DNA of 36,056 bases from NCBI GenBank assembly GCA_964464345.1, contig CAYXFQ010000001.1, positions 1 to 36,056 of the forward strand, given 5' to 3'. The notes under the pieces were generated by a model. It worked only from the letters and a program-made list of their open reading frames with translations, did no database searches and was not told the DNA's origin. Source of the stretch: an uncultured Methanomassiliicoccales archaeon (GTDB lineage: Archaea > Thermoplasmatota > Thermoplasmata > Methanomassiliicoccales > Methanomethylophilaceae). The position numbers were made by a program, and so were the translations under genes. Of this stretch, positions 17,191 to 25,817 are shown one piece after another (the first letter of the stretch is position 1; every line of letters begins with the position of its first letter).

Positions 17191-18096
17191 CTATCTCAAG
17201 CGCTCCAGCAGGAGGCAGGCCTGGCAGCGGCCGCCCAGCGCGGGCTCGCCGCATTCGCATCTTCCCAGCTGCGCGGAGGGAAAGCCCTGGCGCAGCATGG
17301 GGGCCATGCTGTCGTAGGACGAGAGTATGCTGAAGCGGGTTCCCGGCGAGCGGTCCTCCAGCTGCTCTAAGATGCTCCGGTACTGATTGCGCAGGGCGCG
17401 GTCGGCGTAGGGGCAGGGAGCGTCGTGGAAGTCTATCCCACTGACCATCGCGTAGAGGTAGCTCTCCTTCTCCGGTATCATCCGTAGCGGCTGGATGCGC
17501 GGCACCAGGCCAGGCTGCACCTTCTTGTGCGGGCCCATGCGGGCCAGTCGCTCCACATCGCCGCGTATGAAGTTCATGAGAATGGACTGGGCGGTGTCGT
17601 CGAGGTTCAGGCCGGTGGCCAGGTAGTTCGCGCCGAGCTCCCGGGCCTTGGCGTTGAGGCAGCTCCTCCTCAGCACGCCGCAGAAGGTGCAGGGCGTGCT
17701 GTCGCCGGTCTGGGGGGCGATCTCGTCCATGCCCCGTCCGCAGGAGTCCTCCATCTTCAGCAGATGATGGGGGATGTCGAGCTTGGCGCAGATATCCTCC
17801 ACCTTCTCGATGCTCTGCGGCCGGTAGCCGGAGATGCCCTCGTCCACCGTCAGGCAGTGGATGTCCAGCTCCACCTTCCCCTTGAGGATGTGGTGCAGGA
17901 GGTGCAGGGTGACCATGCTGTCCTTGCCGCCGGAGACCGCCACGGCCAGGACGTCCCCGCGACGGAGCTCCACCTGGCGGCGTATCTCCCTCTTGACCCT
18001 CTTCTCCACGTAGCGGCGGAAGTGGGAGGCGCAGAGATGGCTGCCGTTGTAGCGTATGAAGGTTATCGCCTCGGAGTCGCAGTGGCTGCACTTCAA
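17191..18096 (-). CDS. TtuA/Ncs6-family tRNA 2-thiolation PP-loop ATPase
   Basis: N-terminal Zn finger CSHC...CASH, PP-loop AVSGGKDS, central CTFCG and C-terminal CECG...CQAC. TTG start at 18094-18096 with GGGAGG 7 nt upstream. TAG stop. Confidence 0.85.
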   Translation of the reverse strand: MKCSHCDSEAITFIRYNGSHLCASHFRRYVEKRVKREIRRQVELRRGDVLAVAVSGGKDSMVTLHLLHHILKGKVELDIHCLTVDEGISGYRPQSIEKVEDICAKLDIPHHLLKMEDSCGRGMDEIAPQTGDSTPCTFCGVLRRSCLNAKARELGANYLATGLNLDDTAQSILMNFIRGDVERLARMGPHKKVQPGLVPRIQPLRMIPEKESYLYAMVSGIDFHDAPCPYADRALRNQYRSILEQLEDRSPGTRFSILSSYDSMAPMLRQGFPSAQLGRCECGEPALGGRCQACLLLERLR

Positions 18097-18127
18097 TTCC
18101 TGTCCTCCCGGATCTGATTGGAAACGT

Positions 18128-19297
18128 TCAGCTCGAGTCGCGGAGCAGCTCCTCGACCTTGCCGCGCAGGACCTTGGCCGGCATGTCCGGCAGGGAGATG
18201 TAGGTGGTCCGGCCGCCCTCGGGGTCGCCGCGGACGCTGGTCACCAGCAGCCCCTGGTCAGAGAGGGTGCGCAGGTAGGTCCAGAACTGGGTGTGCTTGC
18301 GGGGCCTCTCGTTGTACTCCTCGCAGGCCAGGGCGTAGGCCTTCTCCGCCTGGCCGGTGTTGACGTAGGCGTCGCCCTTGATGGAGCGGGCCACCGCCAG
18401 CAGGGTGAGCATGTGGTGCCGGTCGAGCTCCGCCAGCTTGGATTCGGTGACCACCGAGTAGACCATGGCCTTGGCCGCCCGCACGTGCTCGGCGTCCACC
18501 TCCGCGGCGGCCTCGTCCTCCGCGATCATGGCGGAGCGCTCCAGCATCTCGATGACGAAGCGGGCGTCGCCCCACTCGGAGGCGATGTCGGCCATCAGCT
18601 CCAGGGAGTCGTCCCGCACCCGCCCGGGGTGCATGGCCTCCTCCGCCCTCCCGCTCACGATGTCCAGCAGCTCGTCCCGCTGGTAGCGGCCGAAGTTGAT
18701 GCAGTTGGCCCGCCGGAAGCTGGAGAGCGAGGCCGGGTCTATGCGGTCAAGGACGTAGTCCTGGGAGACCATGATGAGGGAGAGCGAGCTGTTGCTGTTG
18801 CTGCGCTCCTCGTTGAAGCGGGAGAGCTGGTAGATGATGTCGGTGGCGCCCTTGCGGATGAGCACGTCCACCTCGTCCAGCACCACGATGAGGTGCTCCG
18901 CGCGCTTCTCCACGTGGAGCTTGACGCTCTTCAGCATCTCCGCGACCGAGAAGCCGCGGTCGGGGTATCCCGGGTCGTAGTGTCGTATCAGCGAGAGCAG
19001 CACGCTGGAGTCGGAGCTGTTCCGGCGGCAGTTGACTATGTGGTGGTCCATCGGCACCCCGGCCTCCTGCGCATGCCGCCTCATGTCGAGGCAGAAGCGC
19101 TTGGCGGTGGCGGTCTTGCCGGTGCCCACGCTGCCGATCAGGAAGGCGGTGGACGACCTCCCCGCCTCGAGCACCGGCCGGAAGAGCATGCGCAGGGAGG
19201 ACATCTGGGCCTCCCGGTGCACGAGCTTCTCCGGGACGTAGTCGAAGGAGAGCTTGTCCAGGTCCCTGATCAGGCGGCTGCGCTCGCTGTCGAACAT
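18128..19297 (-). CDS. cdc6: Orc1/Cdc6 replication initiator (AAA+ plus winged helix)
   Basis: DYVPEKLVHREAQ, Walker A GSVGTGKTA, Walker B VVLDEVD, and a C-terminal winged-helix-like segment. Confidence 0.9.
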   Translation of the reverse strand: MFDSERSRLIRDLDKLSFDYVPEKLVHREAQMSSLRMLFRPVLEAGRSSTAFLIGSVGTGKTATAKRFCLDMRRHAQEAGVPMDHHIVNCRRNSSDSSVLLSLIRHYDPGYPDRGFSVAEMLKSVKLHVEKRAEHLIVVLDEVDVLIRKGATDIIYQLSRFNEERSNSNSSLSLIMVSQDYVLDRIDPASLSSFRRANCINFGRYQRDELLDIVSGRAEEAMHPGRVRDDSLELMADIASEWGDARFVIEMLERSAMIAEDEAAAEVDAEHVRAAKAMVYSVVTESKLAELDRHHMLTLLAVARSIKGDAYVNTGQAEKAYALACEEYNERPRKHTQFWTYLRTLSDQGLLVTSVRGDPEGGRTTYISLPDMPAKVLRGKVEELLRDSS

Positions 19298-19299
19298 GT

Positions 19300-20253
19300 T
19301 CAGTTCCTGCTCACGCGTATGAATCCGGAGCAGGGGATGATCTCGATGCCCTCCCGCTCCCAGGAGTCGGCGATGAGGTTCATTCCCAGCGAGTCGGAGG
19401 ACATGTGCCCGGCGATCACCAGGTTGACGTTGTGCTTGCGGGCCTCCTCGATGTGGCTCTCCGGGAAGTGCATGCCCACCGCCGTGCCGACGCCGGCGTC
19501 AGCCATCTTCTCGTAGATCTCCTTGGGGCCGGAGGTGCCTCCGGTCATCTTGAGGGCCACCTTGCCGGCGCGGGACTTGCCCTTGCCGACGATGATGGTG
19601 GGTGGGGAGTTGAAGGACGCCGCCTCCCGGTACTCCGGAAGCTCGTAGAGCGCGTCCACGATGTCCTCCAGCCGGCGGGGGGCCTTCTCCTCGAAGAAGG
19701 TCTCCAGATAGTCCTGGACCATGTTGTCGCAGGGCGAGTGCAGGTTGCAGAGGGCGAGGTCGAGCAGGCGGCAGGCGTCCACCGTCTGGTTGAAGTTGGA
19801 GGCCATGACCGCGCGGAAGACCTCGTCGATGCGCTTGGACATCAGGCCCTCGGCCACGTTGATGGGGATGCCCATGGAGTGGTACATGTCCTCCTGCATG
19901 TACATCACGTCCGGGAAAGGGGTCTTGGACTGCCCGATGGGGTGGTGGCCGACGATGAGGTCTATGCCCCTCCCCTTCTCGTTCAGGCGGTCCGCCAGCA
20001 CGGCCTCGCCGGTGCCGATGTCGATGCCCCAGAGGGCCACCTTGACCTCCTTGTCGGGGTCGCCGATGCTGATGCGGGAGTCGCCGTAGGGGTTCCAGAG
20101 GCGCTCCTGGTCGAAGAACTCCTTCGCGAAGCCCTCGGCCTTGTCGTAGTCCTTCTGGGCCTGCTCCAGCAGAGCATCCACGTCCTCGCGGCTGCGAGGG
20201 TCCTTGGACATGCCCAACTCTACTCCCATGCGATAGGCATCGATGAATTTCAT
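19300..20253 (-). CDS. NIF3-family (GTP cyclohydrolase 1 type 2 homolog / dinuclear metal centre) protein
   Basis: IDLIVGHHP and VIAGHMSSDSLG, the conserved NIF3 His clusters. ATG 20253 has GGAGG 6 nt upstream. Confidence 0.6.
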   Translation of the reverse strand: MKFIDAYRMGVELGMSKDPRSREDVDALLEQAQKDYDKAEGFAKEFFDQERLWNPYGDSRISIGDPDKEVKVALWGIDIGTGEAVLADRLNEKGRGIDLIVGHHPIGQSKTPFPDVMYMQEDMYHSMGIPINVAEGLMSKRIDEVFRAVMASNFNQTVDACRLLDLALCNLHSPCDNMVQDYLETFFEEKAPRRLEDIVDALYELPEYREAASFNSPPTIIVGKGKSRAGKVALKMTGGTSGPKEIYEKMADAGVGTAVGMHFPESHIEEARKHNVNLVIAGHMSSDSLGMNLIADSWEREGIEIIPCSGFIRVSRN

Positions 20254-20363
20254 GTGGCCTCCTAGAAGCCACAATCGATAATAACGTTGCCGTTCCCACT
20301 TTCAGCGGGGCGGAGGGCATAAGTATTTTTTAGGGCATCGGGCTCAGAGAGGAAGGAGTTTTG

Positions 20364-21323
20364 ATGAAGGAGATCTGGACGGAGAAGTACAGGCCACGGA
20401 CCCTGGACGAGGTAGTGGGCCAGAAGCACGTTACGGACCGCTTGAAAGCCTACGTACGGACCCAGAACATGCCCCACCTGCTCTTCACCGGCCCCGCCGG
20501 AACCGGCAAGACCACCTGCGCCCTGGCGCTGGTGAGGGAGATGTTCGGGGAGGGCTGGACGGGGAACTACATAGAGCTCAACGCCTCCGACGAGAGGGGA
20601 ATCGACGTGGTCAGGGGCAAGATCAAGGAATTCGCCCGCACCGCCCCCCTCGGGACCGCCCGCTTCAAGGTCATCTTCATGGACGAGGCCGACGCCCTGA
20701 CGCCGGAGGCCCAGGCGGCTCTGCGCCGCACCATGGAGAAGTACTCCAAGATCTGCCGCTTCGTCCTCTCCTGCAACTACGCCTCCAAGATCATCGACCC
20801 CATCCAGTCCAGGACGGCCATCTTCCGCTTCAGCCCGCTGGCGGCGGAGGACGTGCGGGTCTACCTGCAGCGCATAGTGGACGAGGAGGGCGTCGACATC
20901 AGCAGCGACGCCCTCGACGCCCTGGTCCACGTCGCCCGCGGCGACATGCGCCGGGCGGTGAACTCCCTGCAGGTGGCCGCCTCCATGGAGCAGGCCATCG
21001 ACATGGACGTCATCTACCAGACCACTGGCATGGCAAGGCCCGAGCAGGTCAAGGCCATGCTGGAGGCCGCCCTGGACGGCGACTTCATCAAGTCCCGGGA
21101 CATGCTGGACGAGATCATGATCGACTACGGCCTCTCCGGCCAGGACGTCATCAAGCAGATCCACCGCACCTTCTTCGAGCTCAGCATCAGCGACCGGGAC
21201 AAGGTCCGGCTCATAGACCGCACCGCCGAGGCGGAGTTCCGCCTGGTGGAGGGGAGCAACGAGAGGATTCAACTGGAAGCCCTCCTGGCCACCCTCGTGA
21301 TGATGGGCGGCTCCTGCCGCTGA
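20364..21323 (+). CDS. rfcS: Replication factor C small subunit
   Basis: WTEKYRPRTLDEVVGQ, Walker A GPAGTGKTT, DEAD-like FMDEADALT, and SRC motif (QSRTAIFRF). ATG 20364 follows GGAAGGAG. No intein. Confidence 0.93.
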   Translation: MKEIWTEKYRPRTLDEVVGQKHVTDRLKAYVRTQNMPHLLFTGPAGTGKTTCALALVREMFGEGWTGNYIELNASDERGIDVVRGKIKEFARTAPLGTARFKVIFMDEADALTPEAQAALRRTMEKYSKICRFVLSCNYASKIIDPIQSRTAIFRFSPLAAEDVRVYLQRIVDEEGVDISSDALDALVHVARGDMRRAVNSLQVAASMEQAIDMDVIYQTTGMARPEQVKAMLEAALDGDFIKSRDMLDEIMIDYGLSGQDVIKQIHRTFFELSISDRDKVRLIDRTAEAEFRLVEGSNERIQLEALLATLVMMGGSCR

Positions 21324-21384
21324 GGCATCCTCTTTTGGGAACCTATAAATAACACATCCATATTTGAGAGGCTGGAGATATACC

Positions 21385-21534
21385 ATGGCACGTTTCGAAG
21401 AGGCTGAGGAGAGGTTGCTCAACAAGAGCGTTTGCATGAAGTGCAGCGCCACCAACGCTCCTGGTGCCAGCAACTGCCGCAAGTGCAGACACACCAAGCT
21501 CCGCGCCAAGGCTAAGGAGAGCAGAAAGGTCTGA
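21385..21534 (+). CDS. rpl40e: 50S ribosomal protein L40e (49 aa; below the ORF-track length cutoff)
   Basis: Hand translation gives [49 protein letters not shown]. This has the CxxC...CxxC zinc ribbon and the basic tail typical of archaeal L40e. TATA CTATAAATAA lies at 21343-21352. Confidence 0.85.
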   Translation: MARFEEAEERLLNKSVCMKCSATNAPGASNCRKCRHTKLRAKAKESRKV

Positions 21535-21549
21535 TTCTCTCCCGGGGTC

Positions 21550-21576
21550 GCGGCCGCAAGGCCGCTCAACGCTTTT
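21550..21576 (+). terminator. GC hairpin with GNRA loop followed by T4, downstream of rpl40e
   Basis: GCGGCC-GCAA-GGCCGC at 21550-21565, then CTTTT at 21572-21576. Confidence 0.4.
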
Positions 21577-21620
21577 CCATTCTTTCCATTCAGCCTTGGC
21601 TGTCCAGATGCACCAGATGC
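21574..21620 (+). repeat. Two short perfect tandem repeats upstream of the response-regulator promoter
   Basis: TTTCCATTC occurs twice (21574-21582 and 21583-21591). CCAGATGC occurs twice (21604-21611 and 21613-21620). Both lie just upstream of the AT-rich box AATTAATATATC (21627-21638). Confidence 0.6.
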
Positions 21621-21706
21621 TCGGTCAATTAATATATCTGGAATCTTTTTGAGAGTCACGGGTAACACCCTCTGCGATTTCGCAAGAATCGGAGGCTGAC
21701 CGGGAA

Positions 21707-22627
21707 ATGAAAGTTCTGATAGTCGACGACAACACTGCCATCCTGGAGATAGTCTCGGAGATGCTCTCATCCGAGGGATACGAGACTCGCACCGCTTCCA
21801 GCGGCAAGGATGCCCTCGCCAAGACTCGCTCCTACGTTCCCGATCTCATGCTTTTGGACATCAACCTGCCGGACATGGACGGCTGGACGGTGCTCCGCAC
21901 CCTCAAGGAGGAGGGACTCACTGAAAACCTCAAGGTCATCATGTTCACCGCCGCCGTCGACATCGGCTGCGACATCTTCGGCCTGCAGGGCGCGGTCAGC
22001 GGCTACGTCCGCAAGCCCTTCCGGGGCAACGAGCTCCTGGACAAGGTGCGCCAGGCCCTGGACGGCGACAAGGGGAGGAAGACCCGCCTGCGCGGCCTCC
22101 TCAGCCGTCGCGACGGCACTAGCCTCTTCGACCTGGACCGCTCCCGCAACGGCGGGCGCCACCAGCTCCTGAAGGAGAAGGAGCCGCGGGCGATATTCGA
22201 CGCCGCCGCCAGCCACGTCTCCCGCGGCAGCTCGGTGCTGATCATCACCAGCGAGGGCCCCGGGGAGATACGCACCCGCTGGGGGCTGGAGGAGATCCCC
22301 ATCATACAGTTCAGCAACCAGGGCGGCAAGGCCACGGTCGACCCCAGCAACCTGGAGATGCTGGCAGGCATAGTATCACAGTTCATAGAGCAGTCTGAGG
22401 GCCCCGTGGTGGTCATGGAGGGCCTGCAGACGCTCATTGCAAACAACGAGCTCGAGGAAGTGCTCGGGATGATGAAGGGGCTGAGCGCGATGCTGGCGAC
22501 GCAGCCGGCGCTCCTGCTGGTCTCGGTGAACCCGGACCTGCTGGACCCCGAGCCCCTCTCCCGTCTGGAGCAGTGCATGGAGCTCGTGAGAGAAAAGGCT
22601 GATAGCCGCACTGAGGCGAAGCAATGA
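21707..22627 (+). CDS. Response regulator: CheY-like receiver domain fused to a DUF835-like C-terminal domain
   Basis: The REC domain has DD (7-8), the phospho-acceptor Asp in LMLLDINLPDMDG, T in MFTA and K in VRKPF. The C-terminal half (VLIITSEGPGEIRTRWGL...VVVMEGLQTLIANNELEEVLGMMKGL...LLVSVNPDLL) fits the DUF835 pattern. Confidence 0.7.
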   Translation: MKVLIVDDNTAILEIVSEMLSSEGYETRTASSGKDALAKTRSYVPDLMLLDINLPDMDGWTVLRTLKEEGLTENLKVIMFTAAVDIGCDIFGLQGAVSGYVRKPFRGNELLDKVRQALDGDKGRKTRLRGLLSRRDGTSLFDLDRSRNGGRHQLLKEKEPRAIFDAAASHVSRGSSVLIITSEGPGEIRTRWGLEEIPIIQFSNQGGKATVDPSNLEMLAGIVSQFIEQSEGPVVVMEGLQTLIANNELEEVLGMMKGLSAMLATQPALLLVSVNPDLLDPEPLSRLEQCMELVREKADSRTEAKQ

Positions 22628-23889
22628 AGATAGAGAGTGTGTGGGCCAGGGAGGTATTGGACTCTCGTGGCAACCCCACCGTCGAGGCGGAGATCCGCTT
22701 CAGCGGCGGGAAGGCGCTGGGTATCGCCCCCTCCGGGGCATCGACTGGAAGCTACGAGGCCCTGGAGATGCGCGACGGCGGTCTCCGCTACGGCGGGAAG
22801 GGGGTTCAGAAGGCGGTGGAGAACATCCGCCGCGAGATCGACCCCGCCCTTCGCGGCATGGACCCCCGCGACCAGGTGGCCATCGACCGGGCGATGATCG
22901 AGCTGGACGGCACTGACGACAAGTCCCGGCTCGGCGGCAACGCCATCACCGCCGTCTCGCTGGCGGTGGCCCAGGCTGGAGCCATGGCTGAGGGCATTCC
23001 GGTCTACCGGCACATCGGCGACGACGGCGTCACCCTGCCGGTGCCGATGTTCAACATCATCAACGGCGGCATGCACGCCGGCGGCAGACTAGCCATCCAA
23101 GAGTTCATGGTCGTCCCCGCCGGGGCGCCCTCCTTCAAGGAGTGCCTGCGCATGGCGGCGGAGATCTACATGTCACTGAAGACCCTGCTGGAGACCAGCC
23201 ACGGCCCCTCGGCCATCAACATCGGCGACGAGGGCGGCTTCGCTCCTGACATGGGCAGCACCGCCGAGGCCATGGACGCCATCGTGGCGGCCGTGGAGGA
23301 GGCCGGCTACAGCATGGGCAAGGAGGTCGGCCTCGCGCTCGACGCCGCCGCCAGCGAGTTCTACCGCGACGGCCTCTATCACCTCGACGGCCTCTCCCTC
23401 AGCGAGGGGGAGCTGATCGATCACTACTCCTCCCTGGTGGAGAGCTATCCCCTGCTGAGCATCGAGGACCCCTTCGACGAGGAGGCCTTCGACGCCACCG
23501 CGGAGATGACTCGCCGCCTGGGCAGCAACCTGCAGATCGTCGGTGACGACATCTTCGTCACCAACACCAAACGGCTCTCCCGCGGCATCGAGATGGGGGC
23601 GGGCAACGCCCTCCTCCTCAAGATCAACCAGGTGGGCACCGTCACCGAGTCCCAGGAGGCGGCGGAGATGAGCTTCCTCGCCAACTACAACGTGGTGGTC
23701 TCCCACCGCTCCGGTGAGACCGAGGACAGCAGCATCGCCGACCTGTCGGTAGGCTGGGGCGCAGGGCAGATCAAGACCGGCGCTCCCGCGCGCGGTGAGA
23801 GGACGGCCAAGTACAACCGCCTGCTCCGCATCGAGGAGGAGCTGGGCTCCGAGGCCCGCTTCCCCGGCTTCAAGCCCTTCCGTCGCTGA
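22624..23889 (+). CDS. eno: Enolase
   Basis: REVLDSRGNPTVEAE, SGASTG, IEDPF, LLLKINQVGT and SHRSGETED motifs. The ATG overlaps the regulator TGA as ATGA (22624-22627). Confidence 0.95.
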   Translation: MKIESVWAREVLDSRGNPTVEAEIRFSGGKALGIAPSGASTGSYEALEMRDGGLRYGGKGVQKAVENIRREIDPALRGMDPRDQVAIDRAMIELDGTDDKSRLGGNAITAVSLAVAQAGAMAEGIPVYRHIGDDGVTLPVPMFNIINGGMHAGGRLAIQEFMVVPAGAPSFKECLRMAAEIYMSLKTLLETSHGPSAINIGDEGGFAPDMGSTAEAMDAIVAAVEEAGYSMGKEVGLALDAAASEFYRDGLYHLDGLSLSEGELIDHYSSLVESYPLLSIEDPFDEEAFDATAEMTRRLGSNLQIVGDDIFVTNTKRLSRGIEMGAGNALLLKINQVGTVTESQEAAEMSFLANYNVVVSHRSGETEDSSIADLSVGWGAGQIKTGAPARGERTAKYNRLLRIEEELGSEARFPGFKPFRR

Positions 23890-23895
23890 GCACAA

Positions 23896-23903
23896 TCTAA
23901 ATG
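23896..23903 (+). promoter_or_regulatory. TATA-like box (TCTAAATG) for pncA
   Basis: 23 nt upstream of ATG 23926. It overlaps the 6-bp inverted repeat AATGTG-N5-CACATT (23900-23916). Confidence 0.35.
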
Positions 23904-23925
23904 TGATTAGCACATTGCCCCCAGC

Positions 23926-24456
23926 ATGAGAAAGGCCGTCCTGGTGGTGGACATGATAGAGGAGTTCGTGACCGGCAGGCTGGGTGACCCCCGCATGCTC
24001 TCGGTCATCGAGCCCAGCAAGAGGCTTTTGGCCCGGGCCCGTGAGGCCGGGGTCCCGGTGCTCTATGCGCGCGACTGCCACCGTCCCGGCGACCCGGAGC
24101 TGGAGATCTGGGGCGAGCACGCCATGGAGGGCAGCGACGGCTGCGACTTCGTCGAGGGCCTGGAACCCTTGGAGGGCGAGCCCGTCTTCGAGAAGTCGGT
24201 CTACTCCGCCTTCTACGGCACCGGCATGGACGAGTACCTCGACCAGCTGGAGGTCGACACCTTGGTTCTGGTGGGACAGCTCACCGACGTCTGCGTGCGG
24301 CACACCGCCGCCGACGCCTTCTACCGCGGCTATCGCACCCAGGTGCCCAGCGACTGCGTGCAGGCCTTGGACGACGCGCAGCACGAGCGGGCCCTGCAGG
24401 AGATGATGGCCCTCTACGGCACATTCATACTTCCCTCCCAGGAGGTGTCGTTCTGA
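23926..24456 (+). CDS. pncA: Isochorismatase-family cysteine hydrolase, probable nicotinamidase
   Basis: Catalytic triad context: VVDM (Asp), EKSVYSAF (Lys) and LTDVCV (Cys). It is adjacent to NAPRTase. Confidence 0.75.
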   Translation: MRKAVLVVDMIEEFVTGRLGDPRMLSVIEPSKRLLARAREAGVPVLYARDCHRPGDPELEIWGEHAMEGSDGCDFVEGLEPLEGEPVFEKSVYSAFYGTGMDEYLDQLEVDTLVLVGQLTDVCVRHTAADAFYRGYRTQVPSDCVQALDDAQHERALQEMMALYGTFILPSQEVSF

Positions 24457-24503
24457 GCCGGCTCTTCCTTGCCAACGAGGAGGAGATACGCTCCGGCGCC
24501 ACC

Positions 24504-25658
24504 ATGGACATCTACTTCCGCCGCGCGCGGCAGGTCCTGGAGGGCAGCGGCCTCGACAATGGCGAGGTCAAGGCGGAGCTCACCGCCAGCTCCCTCCCGA
24601 ACAGTTGGCCCTGGGCCGTCTTCTGCGGCAGCGAGGAGGTCATCCGCCTGCTGGAGGGCCTGCCCATCGACTTGGACGGGATCCCGGAGGGAACCGTCTT
24701 CCGCCCCCGCGCCGCCAGCGGCGCCCGGGTGCCGGTGATGGGCATATCCGGCCGCTACGTGGACTTTGGCGAGATGGAGACCTCGATGCTGGGCATGCTC
24801 TGCCATCCCAGCGGTGTCGCCACCCGCTCCGCCCGCTGCAAGCTGGCCGCGGACGGCAAGCCGGTTATGTCCTTCGGCAATCGCCGCATGCACCCCGCCA
24901 TCAGCCCGGTGCTGGACCGCTCCTCCTTCATAGGGGGATGCGACGACGTGGCCTCCCCGCTGGGGGCGGAGATCATCGGCAAGGAGCCGGTTGGCACCCT
25001 CCCGCACGCGCTGATGCTGCTGATGGGCAGCGACGAGGCCGCCCTGAGAGCCTTTGACGAGATCATGCCCCCGGAGCTGCCCCGCATAATGCTGGTGGAC
25101 ACCTTCGACGACGAGCGCGGGGGAGCCCTCCGCGCCTGCGAGGCACTGCCCACTCTGGCCGGCATACGCCTGGACACTCCCCGCTCCCGTCGGGGCTCCT
25201 TCCGGCAGATAGTGCAGGAGCTGCGCTGGGAGATGGGGATGCGTGGCCACGGCGACGTGAAGATCATCGCCTCCGGCGGCCTGGACGAGGACCAGATAGC
25301 CGCCCTCCGCGGCAGCGGGGTGGACAGCTTCGCGGTGGGGACCAGCATCAGCAACGCCCCCACCCTGGACTTTGCGCTCGACCTGGTGGAGATAGACGGG
25401 GTGTCGGTGGCCAAGCGGGGCAAGTTCAGCGCACGCAAGTACCCGTACCGCTGCCCGGGGTGCTGGCAGTGGGACGTCGCCCTCTCTCCCGACGGGAGTG
25501 TGAAGTGCGCCTGCGGCGTGGAGATGGAGATGATGGAGGTCCCGCTGCTGCGGGACGGAAAGCGCTGCGCCCCGGCACGGGATGCGGCAGAGATTCGGGA
25601 GTCGGTGCTCCGCCAACTGCGATCGCCGGCCCGTTCCACGTTGGAAAATGACCTTTGA
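24504..25658 (+). CDS. pncB: Nicotinate phosphoribosyltransferase (archaeal type with C-terminal Zn ribbon)
   Basis: GRYVDFGEMETSMLG, RRMHPAISP, GTLPHAL, IRLDTPRSRRG, SGGLDE and VGTSIS, then CPGC...CACG. Coordinates run from the first ATG. The conserved N-terminus appears to begin upstream at CTG 24453 (see findings). Confidence 0.88.
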   Translation: MDIYFRRARQVLEGSGLDNGEVKAELTASSLPNSWPWAVFCGSEEVIRLLEGLPIDLDGIPEGTVFRPRAASGARVPVMGISGRYVDFGEMETSMLGMLCHPSGVATRSARCKLAADGKPVMSFGNRRMHPAISPVLDRSSFIGGCDDVASPLGAEIIGKEPVGTLPHALMLLMGSDEAALRAFDEIMPPELPRIMLVDTFDDERGGALRACEALPTLAGIRLDTPRSRRGSFRQIVQELRWEMGMRGHGDVKIIASGGLDEDQIAALRGSGVDSFAVGTSISNAPTLDFALDLVEIDGVSVAKRGKFSARKYPYRCPGCWQWDVALSPDGSVKCACGVEMEMMEVPLLRDGKRCAPARDAAEIRESVLRQLRSPARSTLENDL

Positions 25659-25679
25659 AGGCCGACTCGGCCGGGGAGT

Positions 25680-25708
25680 GTGAGCGTCGATATATAAGCG
25701 ACGTTCAC
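25680..25708. promoter_or_regulatory. 10-bp inverted repeat enclosing a TATATAA box
   Basis: GTGAGCGTCG-ATATATAAG-CGACGTTCAC with one G:T position. It starts 22 nt after the pncB stop, at the start of the lower-GC spacer. Confidence 0.4.
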
Positions 25709-25817
25709 GCTCGCGGTCTGTTATCGAAAGGGTTATATCGCTAGCAAAGATAGTGAGGATAGAACGGGGCGAGAGGGGGCCGAGGGCCTTCCGTGAGCCC
25801 TACATCTCTGGGGGGAG

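Noticed and set aside
18097-18127. Replication origin next to cdc6
   Set aside because: Only 31 nt are available downstream and 2 nt upstream. There is no AT-rich unwinding element or ORB-like repeat.
18056-19516. 486-aa plus-strand ORF opposite cdc6/NIF3
   Set aside because: It spans two well-supported minus-strand genes, and its translation has no motifs. This is a high-GC antisense artefact.
20262-21770. 502-aa minus-strand ORF opposite rfcS and rpl40e
   Set aside because: It is antisense to RFC small subunit and L40e and crosses two promoters. No domain signature.
23173-25616. Two about 400-aa minus-strand ORFs (23173-24384 and 24414-25616) opposite eno/pncA/pncB
   Set aside because: They are antisense to three genes with clear catalytic motifs, and the products are Gly/Ala/Leu/His-rich low-complexity sequences.
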